Shown here: positions 32,286-41,528 of the stretch, piece after piece
Numbering within the stretch: the first letter of the stretch is position 1
Layout of the letters: the number at the start of each line of letters is the position of its first letter
Virus record (IMG/VR): IMGVR_UViG_3300028610_000244
Span: 33,869 to 97,868 of that record
Strand: one strand, 5' to 3'
Source: a virus
DNA length: 64,000 nt
Notes under the pieces: generated by a model
What the model was told of the DNA's origin: nothing
Seen by the model: only the letters and a program-made list of their open reading frames with translations
The model's database searches: none
Made by a program: the position numbers and the translations under genes

Positions 32286-33764
32286 CTATGCTGCAAGTAT
32301 ATCAGTTTCAGAATCGTATGTCAACAACCAATCTCGAATTCTTCCATCAATTACTACTGAGGCATTGTCGAACTTCTTCCGAAGCGAGCCTATGATGTCA
32401 ACATCCTTGGTATTATCGGCAACAATGTCGATATAATTTACGTGATTTTTCTGACCGGCACGATGATTTCTATCCTCACTCTGGTGGCGTTCCTTCATCT
32501 TAAAGCTGTTCGAGTAGTAGATTGTCGTCAAGGCTTCGTTCAGCGTATGACCTTCGCCCATGCTATCAGGTGTCGCCACAATGTATTGGACCTCATCTAC
32601 TGGACACGTCTTGAATCGGAACTTGTTCTCTTCACGTTTGTCTTCATTGACGGTCCCATCCCACCGTACAGCCTTGTCACCCAGCAGGTCACAGATCAGG
32701 TCAATGTCTTGGATGAACCGAGCCCAGATGATTGCTTTATGCGGCAAGTCTTGTGTGATCTCGTTCAGCATCTTGAGCCGGGGATTCTTGTCCTCGATCA
32801 TGTGCATCTCATTCTCGTCACCAGACGGTAGGTAGCCATTGGCAACTTGTTGCAGACGGAGCAGCCGAGTAATCGCCAGCGGTGTGAAGATCATGTCACC
32901 ATTGATCTCAGTCATAAACTCATCTTCTAATTCCTTGTACAGCTTCCACTGCTTCGCCGTCATCTCGAAACCAGCGTATGAGTAGAGCTTATCTGGCAGA
33001 TCAAGCACATCCTCTTTCAGGACGCGGGACGACATCTCTTTCACCAGCTCGGACAGAATCTCCAGGTTCTTGAACCCGACGCACTGATCGAACTCGCGGT
33101 CAGCCTTGGCGTTGTAGCCTTTGATCCAGACACCGAAGAACGTCTTGAAGCATTGGAAGCTGCCGAGGCCGTAAGGTGTGTTGGCCCAGAAGTTCTTGTC
33201 TAAGAATCGGAACTGAGTATAGATGTCGAACGGTGTATTGGTGATAGGTGTCCCGCAGAGTGTCCGTTTGAATACGGCGTAGTCGGACGCCGCCATCACG
33301 GTTCTGGTGATCTTCGCGGACGGTGTCTTGATTCGGTTACTCTCATCACAGACGAACAGGCAGCGGTGCTTCTTGAGAAACGCCTTCGCCAGCTTCTTAC
33401 CTGCTGCCGTCTTAATCCCTGGGTAACTCATTGCCAGGATCGGAAAGCTTCCGGCGTCATTGTTGAGGATCGAATTGCAGGCCATCATGTGTTTCTTCGT
33501 CTTGGCCTTCTTGGTCTGGAACGCAATCATCGAGTGGTCTATGCCCAGGTGATCGGGTATCTCGTACAGTATCCAGTTGGTGTGAAGCCCAGGAGGTGCG
33601 AGGATGAACAGTGCGTCGATGCTGCCTGCGGCGAATAACTTCTCAGCGGTGCTGAGTGCCAGCCACGTCTTGCCGGTTCCTTGTTCCCAGTGGATCGCTC
33701 GGACTTCATCGAGTCCGTGTGTTTTCAGCTCTTCTGCCTGATGATCGAATGGGTCAGTTTTCAT
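32286..33764 (-). CDS. SNF2-family (SF2) helicase
   Basis: PFDHQ, EQGTGKT, DES..IK, GTP, LLRLQQ, G.G.TL, QSEDRNHRAGQ. Confidence 0.92.
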   Translation of the reverse strand: MKTDPFDHQAEELKTHGLDEVRAIHWEQGTGKTWLALSTAEKLFAAGSIDALFILAPPGLHTNWILYEIPDHLGIDHSMIAFQTKKAKTKKHMMACNSILNNDAGSFPILAMSYPGIKTAAGKKLAKAFLKKHRCLFVCDESNRIKTPSAKITRTVMAASDYAVFKRTLCGTPITNTPFDIYTQFRFLDKNFWANTPYGLGSFQCFKTFFGVWIKGYNAKADREFDQCVGFKNLEILSELVKEMSSRVLKEDVLDLPDKLYSYAGFEMTAKQWKLYKELEDEFMTEINGDMIFTPLAITRLLRLQQVANGYLPSGDENEMHMIEDKNPRLKMLNEITQDLPHKAIIWARFIQDIDLICDLLGDKAVRWDGTVNEDKREENKFRFKTCPVDEVQYIVATPDSMGEGHTLNEALTTIYYSNSFKMKERHQSEDRNHRAGQKNHVNYIDIVADNTKDVDIIGSLRKKFDNASVVIDGRIRDWLLTYDSETDILAA

Positions 33765-33772
33765 AGCAGCTC

Positions 33773-33991
33773 CTAATACTTTGAGTGACAGCGATGATTG
33801 CAAGTCTTAAACCATCGAACGCACTTCCCTTTCCAGGTGAGGTCAGGACATAACTCTACGTAGTTGAGGGCTCCGCAAATAGAGCATACCTTAAAACCTC
33901 CACTGGTTTCGCGTGGCTTCTTAAAGAAGCTTCGGCAGTCCGGGGCACCACATTTATATCCACCCACCTTGGCTCGATGTTCGCTTGTCAT
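33773..33991 (-). CDS. Small zinc-ribbon protein
   Basis: YKC...C...CSICG. Confidence 0.55.
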   Translation of the reverse strand: MTSEHRAKVGGYKCGAPDCRSFFKKPRETSGGFKVCSICGALNYVELCPDLTWKGKCVRWFKTCNHRCHSKY

Positions 33992-34308
33992 AGCACGCTC
34001 CGGTAATATTCACGCCACATCTCGGTCCAGTATTCCTCATTGGCTTCCATGCAGGTGTCGCACAGGAACACCCAGTTCTTCTTCTCGTCCACGTAGGCTG
34101 TATTTTGCACCCTACGGTGGCCTCTACAGAAACACGGGCCGTAGAGGCCGTCACAGAGCGGCAAAGCTGTGTGGGATCGTATCCAGCGGTGAAGCCACAG
34201 TTTGATGTTGTATCTCTTTCGCAGGAGCATAAGTCTAACCTTGAGACCGCTCGCACGTCTGAGCCGCAAGCGTACACCTTTGAACTCAACCTCGACAGAT
34301 TTCGTCAT
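33988..34308 (-). CDS. Hypothetical Cys-containing protein
   Basis: R.NTAY.D...NW..LC..C......YW..MW.EYY pattern; ATGA-coupled. Confidence 0.65.
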   Translation of the reverse strand: MTKSVEVEFKGVRLRLRRASGLKVRLMLLRKRYNIKLWLHRWIRSHTALPLCDGLYGPCFCRGHRRVQNTAYVDEKKNWVFLCDTCMEANEEYWTEMWREYYRSVL

Positions 34309-34571
34309 ACGTACACCTTTGCGTTCAACACGGTTTGCACTACGCCGTCCTCTTCGACAACGAAGATGTAGTTGCCCAGTTCCTTGAACTCAAAGTCTAG
34401 GGCAAACACACCAGCCTCTAACTTGTACAGTTTTAATTTAGTTATGTCATTACTACGAGGCCGATGGCTGGGGCCGTAGACACGAACCGCCACAACAGAG
34501 GCGTTCTTGTCCACGGCACCGTAAGCCAGCCGGTCTTTACCGGGTCGATATGTATCCCTGAGAAACTTCAT
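34305..34571 (-). CDS. Small Ig-like beta-sandwich protein
   Basis: V.VYGP......L.....G.F...F.F...G.Y..VV. Confidence 0.55.
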   Translation of the reverse strand: MKFLRDTYRPGKDRLAYGAVDKNASVVAVRVYGPSHRPRSNDITKLKLYKLEAGVFALDFEFKELGNYIFVVEEDGVVQTVLNAKVYV

Positions 34572-34574
34572 AGC

Positions 34575-34976
34575 TTATCCGAAGTGCCCGCCTCCCGCAG
34601 TGTTAGCGAGGATTTCCTGCAAAACTAAATCTTGAGCCACGATCTTTGCATCCACGGCTGCTACGTCGTTTACTACGACTGCGATGCCGCTACCCACCTG
34701 CTCGATGGAAGTGTTTCTGACGGCGAATTGCTTGACGACATCCATGCCGGCGTCATCGACAATGCTGACGGACCACTCACCAACTTCATCAGGCACGAAA
34801 GAGCCCACTACGATCTTTGTTCCAGGCACCTGAGTCAACCCACTGCCGATGGTCAGAGCTGTGCCGAACACTGCGTCAGCCTCATCGTAGACCTGAGCTG
34901 TTGGATTGTCTGACGCCGGATCGCCGTTACACCGGGCTCGGAACGCAATTGTGTCACCTACATTATACGTCTTCAT
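34575..34976 (-). CDS. Ig-like acidic protein with C-terminal helix (virion-protein-like)
   Basis: Y.VGD.I.F...G.F.PD..GEW.V.I; GAGGA RBS. Confidence 0.6.
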   Translation of the reverse strand: MKTYNVGDTIAFRARCNGDPASDNPTAQVYDEADAVFGTALTIGSGLTQVPGTKIVVGSFVPDEVGEWSVSIVDDAGMDVVKQFAVRNTSIEQVGSGIAVVVNDVAAVDAKIVAQDLVLQEILANTAGGGHFG

Positions 34977-35015
34977 TACTTGTCCTCTCTATTAAACTCA
35001 AATAGTTATCCGCCG

Positions 35016-35288
35016 CTACGCCGCAGCGGTCAATGTGTAGTAGATGAGCAGAGCCAGCCAAACAGTGTTGGTGGCCGTGACACCTATCGAAGCATAAAAT
35101 GAAAACTTCTGCTGGATTGCTTTGTAGTAGTAGAGGTTCCAGTAACCCCAGCCAGCGAAGAAGCCGACATGGTAAAGGCTCACGCCGGCAACTGACTTGT
35201 CTAACCAAACTTGGATGACGCTCAGTAGGATGAAGAACCCACCGGCCAGCTCGAACACACCGTTGATCTTATCATTGTTGATTTTCAT
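35016..35288 (-). CDS. PQ-loop/SemiSWEET-like three-helix membrane protein
   Basis: Three TM segments with K.V.GVS after TM1, W..Y in TM2 and N in TM3; start MKINN after GAGG. Confidence 0.65.
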   Translation of the reverse strand: MKINNDKINGVFELAGGFFILLSVIQVWLDKSVAGVSLYHVGFFAGWGYWNLYYYKAIQQKFSFYASIGVTATNTVWLALLIYYTLTAAA

Positions 35289-35426
35289 GCAGTTTCCTCT
35301 TTCGTCTGTAGTATGTGCTTCGGCTGATCTGCTCACAAGCCAGCTCGTAGTTCAACTCCCACATCTGGCGGGTTATGAAGCGGGGCCGCGTTGCCCCGCC
35401 CTTTCCATTTGCGGTCTGTCCTCGCA

Positions 35427-37037
35427 TTATGCTCTGTACTTTCCTTTCCAGACGGTAATAATAGTACGCTTGCCGTTAGGGTATGTCACGATATGTGAAT
35501 GCGACCAACTTGATGGGCCTCTGGTGTACCAGACGTCGGACTTAATGTCACAGGATACACCTGCCACATAAATACCATCCTGGATTCCTGCTTTGTGCAA
35601 GTGACCAATGTTGGCTTTGCGTCCCATCCTGCTTAGGTTGGCTGCATTACCACGGGCTCCGTTAGGCCCAAGGGAGCCGTGCATACCGCACTCAATGTTG
35701 GCGTCCGTAATCAGTATACTTTCATCTTCACGCATGAAGTGTGCGATCCGATCTTCCAGGCCGAGCATCCGGCAGGCATGTTCCAAGACATGAAACGTTC
35801 GGCCAAAGGGATCAGCTTCCATAGCTTCATACACGGCAGCATTAAGCTTTAGCCAGATCACGGCATTCTTAGGATCGTCCAGACCTTCACGGCTGTCCAG
35901 CCAGCGTTCAATCCAGGGACGATCATGGTTGGCGTCCACGACATAGGTCTGGCAGAAGTCACGATGTAGGTCACGGAGATGGTCGTTACACGCCACGAAT
36001 TCCTTACGGAGATCATTCCATGCACCGGAACGGACGAAGTTTTGGAACCGTTTATGCAGCGACTTCTTTGACCAATGGTTTGTCACGGACCCAGCCATGA
36101 GATCGTGGACGAATTGAGACTTGGGGCGTAGCTCATCCAGCATGTGCTGAGAACAACGATTGACGCTTTCGTCTAACAGCATCAAGGCGTGAGCGTCACC
36201 CCATGTAATCGCCTCGACATGTTTATTCTCACGCACGACACCTTTCTTAACCACGACATCAAGATCGTAGATTGTGCCGTCGTCTGTAGCGTTCAACTGA
36301 CGTAGCCACCAGTTGCCGTCGCTGTCCACTTCGACAATCACGGCACCGTAGCAGTGATGGAACTCAGCCTTGAGCCCTTCACGCTTCTGGATATAGTTAC
36401 GCTGAGTGACAGTGCCGGTCGTGTAGTTGAACTTGGTGTTCTCTTTCCGTCCGGTTGCAATGGACTCCATCGCAAACTTCACTTGTGGAAAGATTGCACT
36501 GTCCCGGCCCGTGTAAGAATCGAAACCAGTCAAAGGACGAACCGCTGTAGGAAGAATGTTCATCTCACCGCACCAACATAGGTGGTTAGCAATAAGGTGA
36601 CGCTTATCCACAATATAAGGCACAACCTTTTGATCGTACCAAAGCTCTTTCTCCCGGCTTTTGACTTTGCCACGCTTGACAGATAGCCTGCCGAAAGCGT
36701 TTTGGTTGTAGGTGAATGTTCCCACCATCATCTGAGCATCATAGTGCTTTGCCAAAGCCAATAAACTATTCCACACAGGGGTATGAACATGAGTGTTGTT
36801 CTGGGCTGAGGTCAGAATATATCGCTTGACCACGCCACTTTTGGGTAAAGGACATCTTACCGCTTCAATCCCTCGGACACTTCCATCAACGATCTTCTTG
36901 GTCCGATCAATCCCGGCTTTCTTTAGATGATAGTAAATGCAGGCTCTACCAACATCTAAGCTCTTGGCAGCAGCTTGAATGTTGCCTCCATGCTCTTGAT
37001 AAGCACTGACTACTTGCTCCGTTGTTACTTTTGGCAT
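35427..37037 (-). CDS. HTH plus calcineurin-like metallophosphoesterase, resembling T5 A1 nuclease
   Basis: N-terminal HTH; TSAQNNT, TTGTVTQRNYIQK..G.KAEFHH; GDAH, HD, ANHD, MHG, GHLH metal ligands; the A1 match is from recall. Confidence 0.7.
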   Translation of the reverse strand: MPKVTTEQVVSAYQEHGGNIQAAAKSLDVGRACIYYHLKKAGIDRTKKIVDGSVRGIEAVRCPLPKSGVVKRYILTSAQNNTHVHTPVWNSLLALAKHYDAQMMVGTFTYNQNAFGRLSVKRGKVKSREKELWYDQKVVPYIVDKRHLIANHLCWCGEMNILPTAVRPLTGFDSYTGRDSAIFPQVKFAMESIATGRKENTKFNYTTGTVTQRNYIQKREGLKAEFHHCYGAVIVEVDSDGNWWLRQLNATDDGTIYDLDVVVKKGVVRENKHVEAITWGDAHALMLLDESVNRCSQHMLDELRPKSQFVHDLMAGSVTNHWSKKSLHKRFQNFVRSGAWNDLRKEFVACNDHLRDLHRDFCQTYVVDANHDRPWIERWLDSREGLDDPKNAVIWLKLNAAVYEAMEADPFGRTFHVLEHACRMLGLEDRIAHFMREDESILITDANIECGMHGSLGPNGARGNAANLSRMGRKANIGHLHKAGIQDGIYVAGVSCDIKSDVWYTRGPSSWSHSHIVTYPNGKRTIITVWKGKYRA

Positions 37038-37654
37038 TCTTGCTTTCCTTTCCTAAACTTTGCGGGATGATCGACAATGTCGATCCACTTATCCATTTTC
37101 TCTGCGACGTAACTCACGGTGTCACCCGCGTAATACATCTTATCCAATTGATTCCACGGCCGGGGCACCAGGATACCAGCACCACCTGCCCTGATGAACC
37201 TCTCGACATTCTCCTGACTGTCGTCAACAAGCAAGCAGTTGAAGTTGAAGGCGAACTCAGACTTCTCAACCCAGGTTGGCACCATCCGCTTATGCAGCTC
37301 TGGAATCTCTCTGCGAACCCACCGTGCCTTGCCGGTGAAGGAGTCATCATGCTCCATCGGCTTAGTCAGCAACATCGTCTCATTGGGCCTGAACCGAGCC
37401 CACACCTCTGCCAGGATTTCTTTGCCGTCTTCTGTCCACGGCAGATTCTCCCAGAATTTGATGGTGCAGTGCTTGTTCGCCTCATCTCGTGTTGATCCCG
37501 CCAAAGGAAATACATTGTAGTCACTACCGAACGGCCAGTTCCGATCTACCTTATGTGGAAAGCCCAGGGCGGTGAAGATGCCTGTGACGAAATCAGAGAA
37601 CACCTGATCGCAATCGAGATATACTATGTGGTTAGCTTGCATAAGTCTCCTCAA
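37025..37654 (-). CDS. HAD-family 5'(3')-deoxyribonucleotidase
   Basis: YLDCDQVFSDF (DxD), FWENLP, LT.P, K..WV, LVDD...NV, PRPWN. Confidence 0.8.
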   Translation of the reverse strand: MRRLMQANHIVYLDCDQVFSDFVTGIFTALGFPHKVDRNWPFGSDYNVFPLAGSTRDEANKHCTIKFWENLPWTEDGKEILAEVWARFRPNETMLLTKPMEHDDSFTGKARWVRREIPELHKRMVPTWVEKSEFAFNFNCLLVDDSQENVERFIRAGGAGILVPRPWNQLDKMYYAGDTVSYVAEKMDKWIDIVDHPAKFRKGKQECQK

Positions 37655-38400
37655 ATTCTTAACGGTCTGTCGTCAACCCAGTTGCCCTTGACCATGCTGT
37701 CAAGCAACACCTGGGAACTGGAGAGAGCCTTCGACAGATGAGAAAGGCTGCTCTCGTGATCTAGCGGTTTGCCGGCATACCAATCGGCAAGGTGACGCAT
37801 GGTGGCGTCGTAGTAGACGCTGGCTCTGACGCCAACGGATCGGTAATTGTGCTTGCCGTATTTGATCCCACCTTCCATCATACCCAAAGCCATCTCGAAA
37901 ACGACTCGCAAGGGCAGCACATGAAAGGGTGTCTTGGTTGTGATCGGCACCGTGACCTTAAAGCCCAGGGTGCCTTCCTTGAGGTGCGTGAATGGTGCCA
38001 CGCTGGGCGGCAGCTTCTCTATGACTATGCCAGCGGCAACGTTGAGGGCGGCGACATGTATGCCTTTGCTGTCTTTGTTGAGGCGGTCGTCGTTGAGGGT
38101 GTCTTCCAGCTCGGCGTTGCGAATGGCTGCGATCCTCGCCATTGCTCGTGAGAGGTGTGGAATTCTCCAGGTGTCGTCTTGGCCCTCCCAGAACATCATC
38201 AGGTGAGCGACGGCCGCGTTGAATTGCTCATCCGCGTAGACATCAATGGCGTCCACGGGTCGAACCTTTTCGGCGGACATGGATTCGGCAAGCAACACCA
38301 CGGCCTGCGAAGACAGGCAGCTCATCGGAACCTTCTTGACACCGATTGCATCCTTTGGATTACAGGCTTTCTTCACGGCTTGCTTCTTAGACTTCGGCAT
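37651..38400 (-). CDS. dATP/dGTP diphosphohydrolase (DUF5664), two tandem domains
   Basis: NPKDAIG.KK.P; second copy G..KYG.HNYR..GV..SVYYDA..RHL..W..G...D.ES.L.HL...DDRP; degenerate first copy ends DDRL. Confidence 0.8.
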   Translation of the reverse strand: MPKSKKQAVKKACNPKDAIGVKKVPMSCLSSQAVVLLAESMSAEKVRPVDAIDVYADEQFNAAVAHLMMFWEGQDDTWRIPHLSRAMARIAAIRNAELEDTLNDDRLNKDSKGIHVAALNVAAGIVIEKLPPSVAPFTHLKEGTLGFKVTVPITTKTPFHVLPLRVVFEMALGMMEGGIKYGKHNYRSVGVRASVYYDATMRHLADWYAGKPLDHESSLSHLSKALSSSQVLLDSMVKGNWVDDRPLRI

Positions 38401-38463
38401 ACAGCTCTCCTCTATGTATAGACATTCTTCGCAACATTCGGTACTGCGGCATCTCCTCGCCGT

Positions 38464-38718
38464 TTACGAACTAATCGCTTTTGCTATTGCTTTGCCAGCC
38501 GCAACAAATGCTCCACCAACTGCGGCGACTGTTGCTACTCCAATCAAGCACATGACTGCTCTTGTTCCTGCCTTGCCTGTGATGGTTCGAGCCGATCTCA
38601 AAAAGTGCTGATCCGCCTGACAGGCAATTGGGTCCGATACATCAAATCCCATCCTTGTTAGTGTAGATTCCACTGTCTTGTCAATCACTCGTTCCATCTC
38701 GTGTTCAGTCATAGTCAT
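38464..38718 (-). CDS. Small membrane protein (possible holin)
   Basis: G.D..DP...QAD..FLR..R plus a C-terminal TM helix; directly after the tail tip gene. Confidence 0.55.
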   Translation of the reverse strand: MTMTEHEMERVIDKTVESTLTRMGFDVSDPIACQADQHFLRSARTITGKAGTRAVMCLIGVATVAAVGGAFVAAGKAIAKAISS

Positions 38719-38753
38719 GTTACTTTCATTAAGCCTTAATTCAATACTCTATC

Positions 38754-38782
38754 ATTGTATCAAGTCTTATTCCAATTGTCAA
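38754..38782 (-). promoter_or_regulatory. sigma70 promoter
   Basis: TTGACA-N17-TACAAT with extended TG. Confidence 0.8.
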
Positions 38783-41526
38783 GCGAAAACTATAACACCG
38801 AGAGCGTTAACTGAGCTGGTTGGGCTATCAATCGTTATAAACTCTTCATCCGACGAAGCCGCATCAAGATGTCTGAACTCGATGGTGTCTCCGGCAGTTA
38901 CGCCAACAAGGGTTCCACCCGTGCCGCCCGACGTGATGACCACTCCCCAGCCGCCGCCGTTGATCCTGGCCTCAACATCACCAGCAATGGAAGCGACCAG
39001 CGTGAATGTGTATGTGCCCGTGTCGGGAACCGATGTCCAAGCATTGCTGGCTGTCGAAGGACTCACGACGCCGAGCCAGAAGTCGTTATCGTAGGCCGAG
39101 GCCGTGACATCACATTCATGCACGACATCATAGCGAGCCACGTAGTCCACGGCACTGAATGTATGCCGTGTATCAACTGACAGTTTCAACGTAGCCGGAA
39201 GGCCGTCCAGGTAGCGGAGAATCTTCACGAATTCCATCGTGTAGGTTGCGGCACCGGCCGCGTTCCAGGGTGCCGTGTAAACCACTGAGGCACCGTCGTA
39301 CAGCTTCAACCTGTATCGGGTGTCGTTGTTCGCAGGGAAGCTCGCGTCGATTGTCTCGGCGTCTGTGTGGTTCTGCGACTCCTCATTAAGTATCCGGTAA
39401 TCACGACGGTTGTAATCCACGACGACGTCGCCAGTGATATCAACTGTCGTCGGATACTGAACTGTATTCCAATCAATGAATGTCGGTGGATAAGGTCTGC
39501 GGTCTCTGTAGTCCATGTCAACTTGGAGAACTGTCAGGCCGGCATCCACATCGGACACCTTATTACCTACTGCATCATAAGGCAATAGTTTCAGATCAAC
39601 ATTGTAGTCCGGATCAAAGACAGTGATAGTCAACCCGCCGCCATTATGCAGGAACCACGCCTTATCAGTGTCGGCATGGACTGCTTGTGCGGTGTCACAG
39701 AAGCCACGAAGACATCCGGTCAACCGCAACCCACCAGTGATCTCCGAAACATCTGTGCAAGCAATCATCTCGTCACCGATCATAAACATGTTCACTAGAT
39801 ACTCACCCACCTCGAACGCCGTGGTTGTGATGATCTCACTGAGATTCATATCTGTAAGGATGTCAATGGTCGTGTCATCCTGGTCGATGTTGCCACTGAG
39901 TGCTCCAGTGTACGTGAACCCGCCCACCGTGCCCGCACTATAGTAGTTTCCTGCTGGAGCACCGGCAGCGTTTCGCTGTCTGATCTCGTAACCAGTTTCG
40001 TCGCGGCCTTGCGATTCGCCGATACACCATATCTTACCCTCGGTGTAGGCGTCGTCTCGCCTACCGATTGCATACGGAGCCTCAAAGGCGAGCTGTTCCG
40101 CTGCCGGAAACGGAATAAGATTCTTATCCGGAGCAACCCACTTAGTTGTATCCTGATCCGCGAATGACGCTGCCCTCCAAGAGAATACATCTTGGACCGC
40201 GTCAATCAGCATTTCCGGCTTCTCGTGGTTGCCGGCATCTATCCGGGTAATTCGGAAAGGTATGTCCGTTACAACGAAATCCTCGAACGTCCAGGAAAAG
40301 AGAAAGACCTCTCCGACGTATGAATCCCAGAAGTCCCGGTTGGTCTTCATGCGAAGCTTCGCAAACGGATAACTGTTGGCTCTTATTTCTCGCCATGCAA
40401 GTTTATTGGCAAGGATGTCATCTCGTAGTGCCGGGTAGCTGAAAATCGCAGGCACTCTTCGACCTTGAATCTTCATGTTTGCCGAGTCGTGAGCCTGGGC
40501 GTAGCCGTCAGCGTAATTATTATCTCGCCGCTTGTAGAAGATGCGAACTACGTTTGTGGTCCCCTCCCAACCGGCTCGGGAGTATTCAACGACTTCATTT
40601 ACGTTCGAGGTATCCGCCGCCTTGAGCCCGATGAGCGAATAACCATCCCGCACAAGTACACACTTCCACTTGCCTGTTGCCGGGTCAATTCGGAAGTGAC
40701 AATCAGCTTGCTTCTCAATTTCTCTTATGATGTCTGTAGCATTTCTCTGAGCCGACAAGATGAGTGACATTCCGTTGCCTTCGGTCTTCAATGTGTCCGC
40801 CTGGGTCTGCCAATCAGTTATGTCGATATCACTGTCCGGATAGCCATAGCCCCAGCCTTCGTCCGTGAATATCTCGTGAGCCATGTGCATCGGATTGCAG
40901 TCAGCACCGTTCACGACTTCGTCACCGCCGCCAAGCCCAGTAGGGATACGTTCGATCTCGAAACTCCATGCCTTGACACTTGTTGTTTCACCGACGAAGC
41001 CGCCTTCCCAAACGCCGTGGCATAGGCCACGATATGCGGGACATGGATTCTGATGCAGCTCAAGGTAGGGACTCTTGGCCTGCGTCTTGGAGCCAGTGAA
41101 GAATGAGAATGTTCCCTTGAGGTTCTTGGCATCAATACTTATCGAACCATCAGTGCTTTGCGTGCCGGACCATACCAGCTCATCACCGACGTAGATTGCT
41201 TTGAGAGTCGCGGGTCCGTGGCAGATTCCCATTTGGAAACCGACGTAGTATTGGTGGCCCACGGTGATCCTTTTGGTGTTGAATAAACTTGTTGAGATTC
41301 TCTCGCGGATCGGAACAGTCTTGAGATCACCATACCAAATCACGTTAGGGCCTTTCACCAGATCAGTGCCCCAATGCAGCGGAATGATCCTGCCCTCAGT
41401 TGCAGTCGGGAAGTTGAAATCATTCAGATTCCTCGGCCGAGCATCTTCAACCTCCGGCTTTGGTGTCAGCATTTGACTAAGAGCAAACGTGACCGCCCAT
41501 AGAATAAGTGTGAGAAAGAAAGCCAT
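38779..41526 (-). CDS. Tail tip / central tail protein
   Basis: FPTATEGR.IP..WGT, PAYRG, NP.H...E..T...WG.G; start MAFFL at 41526. Confidence 0.85.
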   Translation of the reverse strand: MAFFLTLILWAVTFALSQMLTPKPEVEDARPRNLNDFNFPTATEGRIIPLHWGTDLVKGPNVIWYGDLKTVPIRERISTSLFNTKRITVGHQYYVGFQMGICHGPATLKAIYVGDELVWSGTQSTDGSISIDAKNLKGTFSFFTGSKTQAKSPYLELHQNPCPAYRGLCHGVWEGGFVGETTSVKAWSFEIERIPTGLGGGDEVVNGADCNPMHMAHEIFTDEGWGYGYPDSDIDITDWQTQADTLKTEGNGMSLILSAQRNATDIIREIEKQADCHFRIDPATGKWKCVLVRDGYSLIGLKAADTSNVNEVVEYSRAGWEGTTNVVRIFYKRRDNNYADGYAQAHDSANMKIQGRRVPAIFSYPALRDDILANKLAWREIRANSYPFAKLRMKTNRDFWDSYVGEVFLFSWTFEDFVVTDIPFRITRIDAGNHEKPEMLIDAVQDVFSWRAASFADQDTTKWVAPDKNLIPFPAAEQLAFEAPYAIGRRDDAYTEGKIWCIGESQGRDETGYEIRQRNAAGAPAGNYYSAGTVGGFTYTGALSGNIDQDDTTIDILTDMNLSEIITTTAFEVGEYLVNMFMIGDEMIACTDVSEITGGLRLTGCLRGFCDTAQAVHADTDKAWFLHNGGGLTITVFDPDYNVDLKLLPYDAVGNKVSDVDAGLTVLQVDMDYRDRRPYPPTFIDWNTVQYPTTVDITGDVVVDYNRRDYRILNEESQNHTDAETIDASFPANNDTRYRLKLYDGASVVYTAPWNAAGAATYTMEFVKILRYLDGLPATLKLSVDTRHTFSAVDYVARYDVVHECDVTASAYDNDFWLGVVSPSTASNAWTSVPDTGTYTFTLVASIAGDVEARINGGGWGVVITSGGTGGTLVGVTAGDTIEFRHLDAASSDEEFITIDSPTSSVNALGVIVFA

Positions 41527-41528
41527 TA

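Noticed and set aside
25951-38400. Z-genome, 7-deazaguanine or hypermodified-thymidine pathway
   Set aside because: No PurZ, Que/DpdA, dUMP hydroxymethylase or related genes were recognised, despite DUF5664 and the YuA/M6-like layout.
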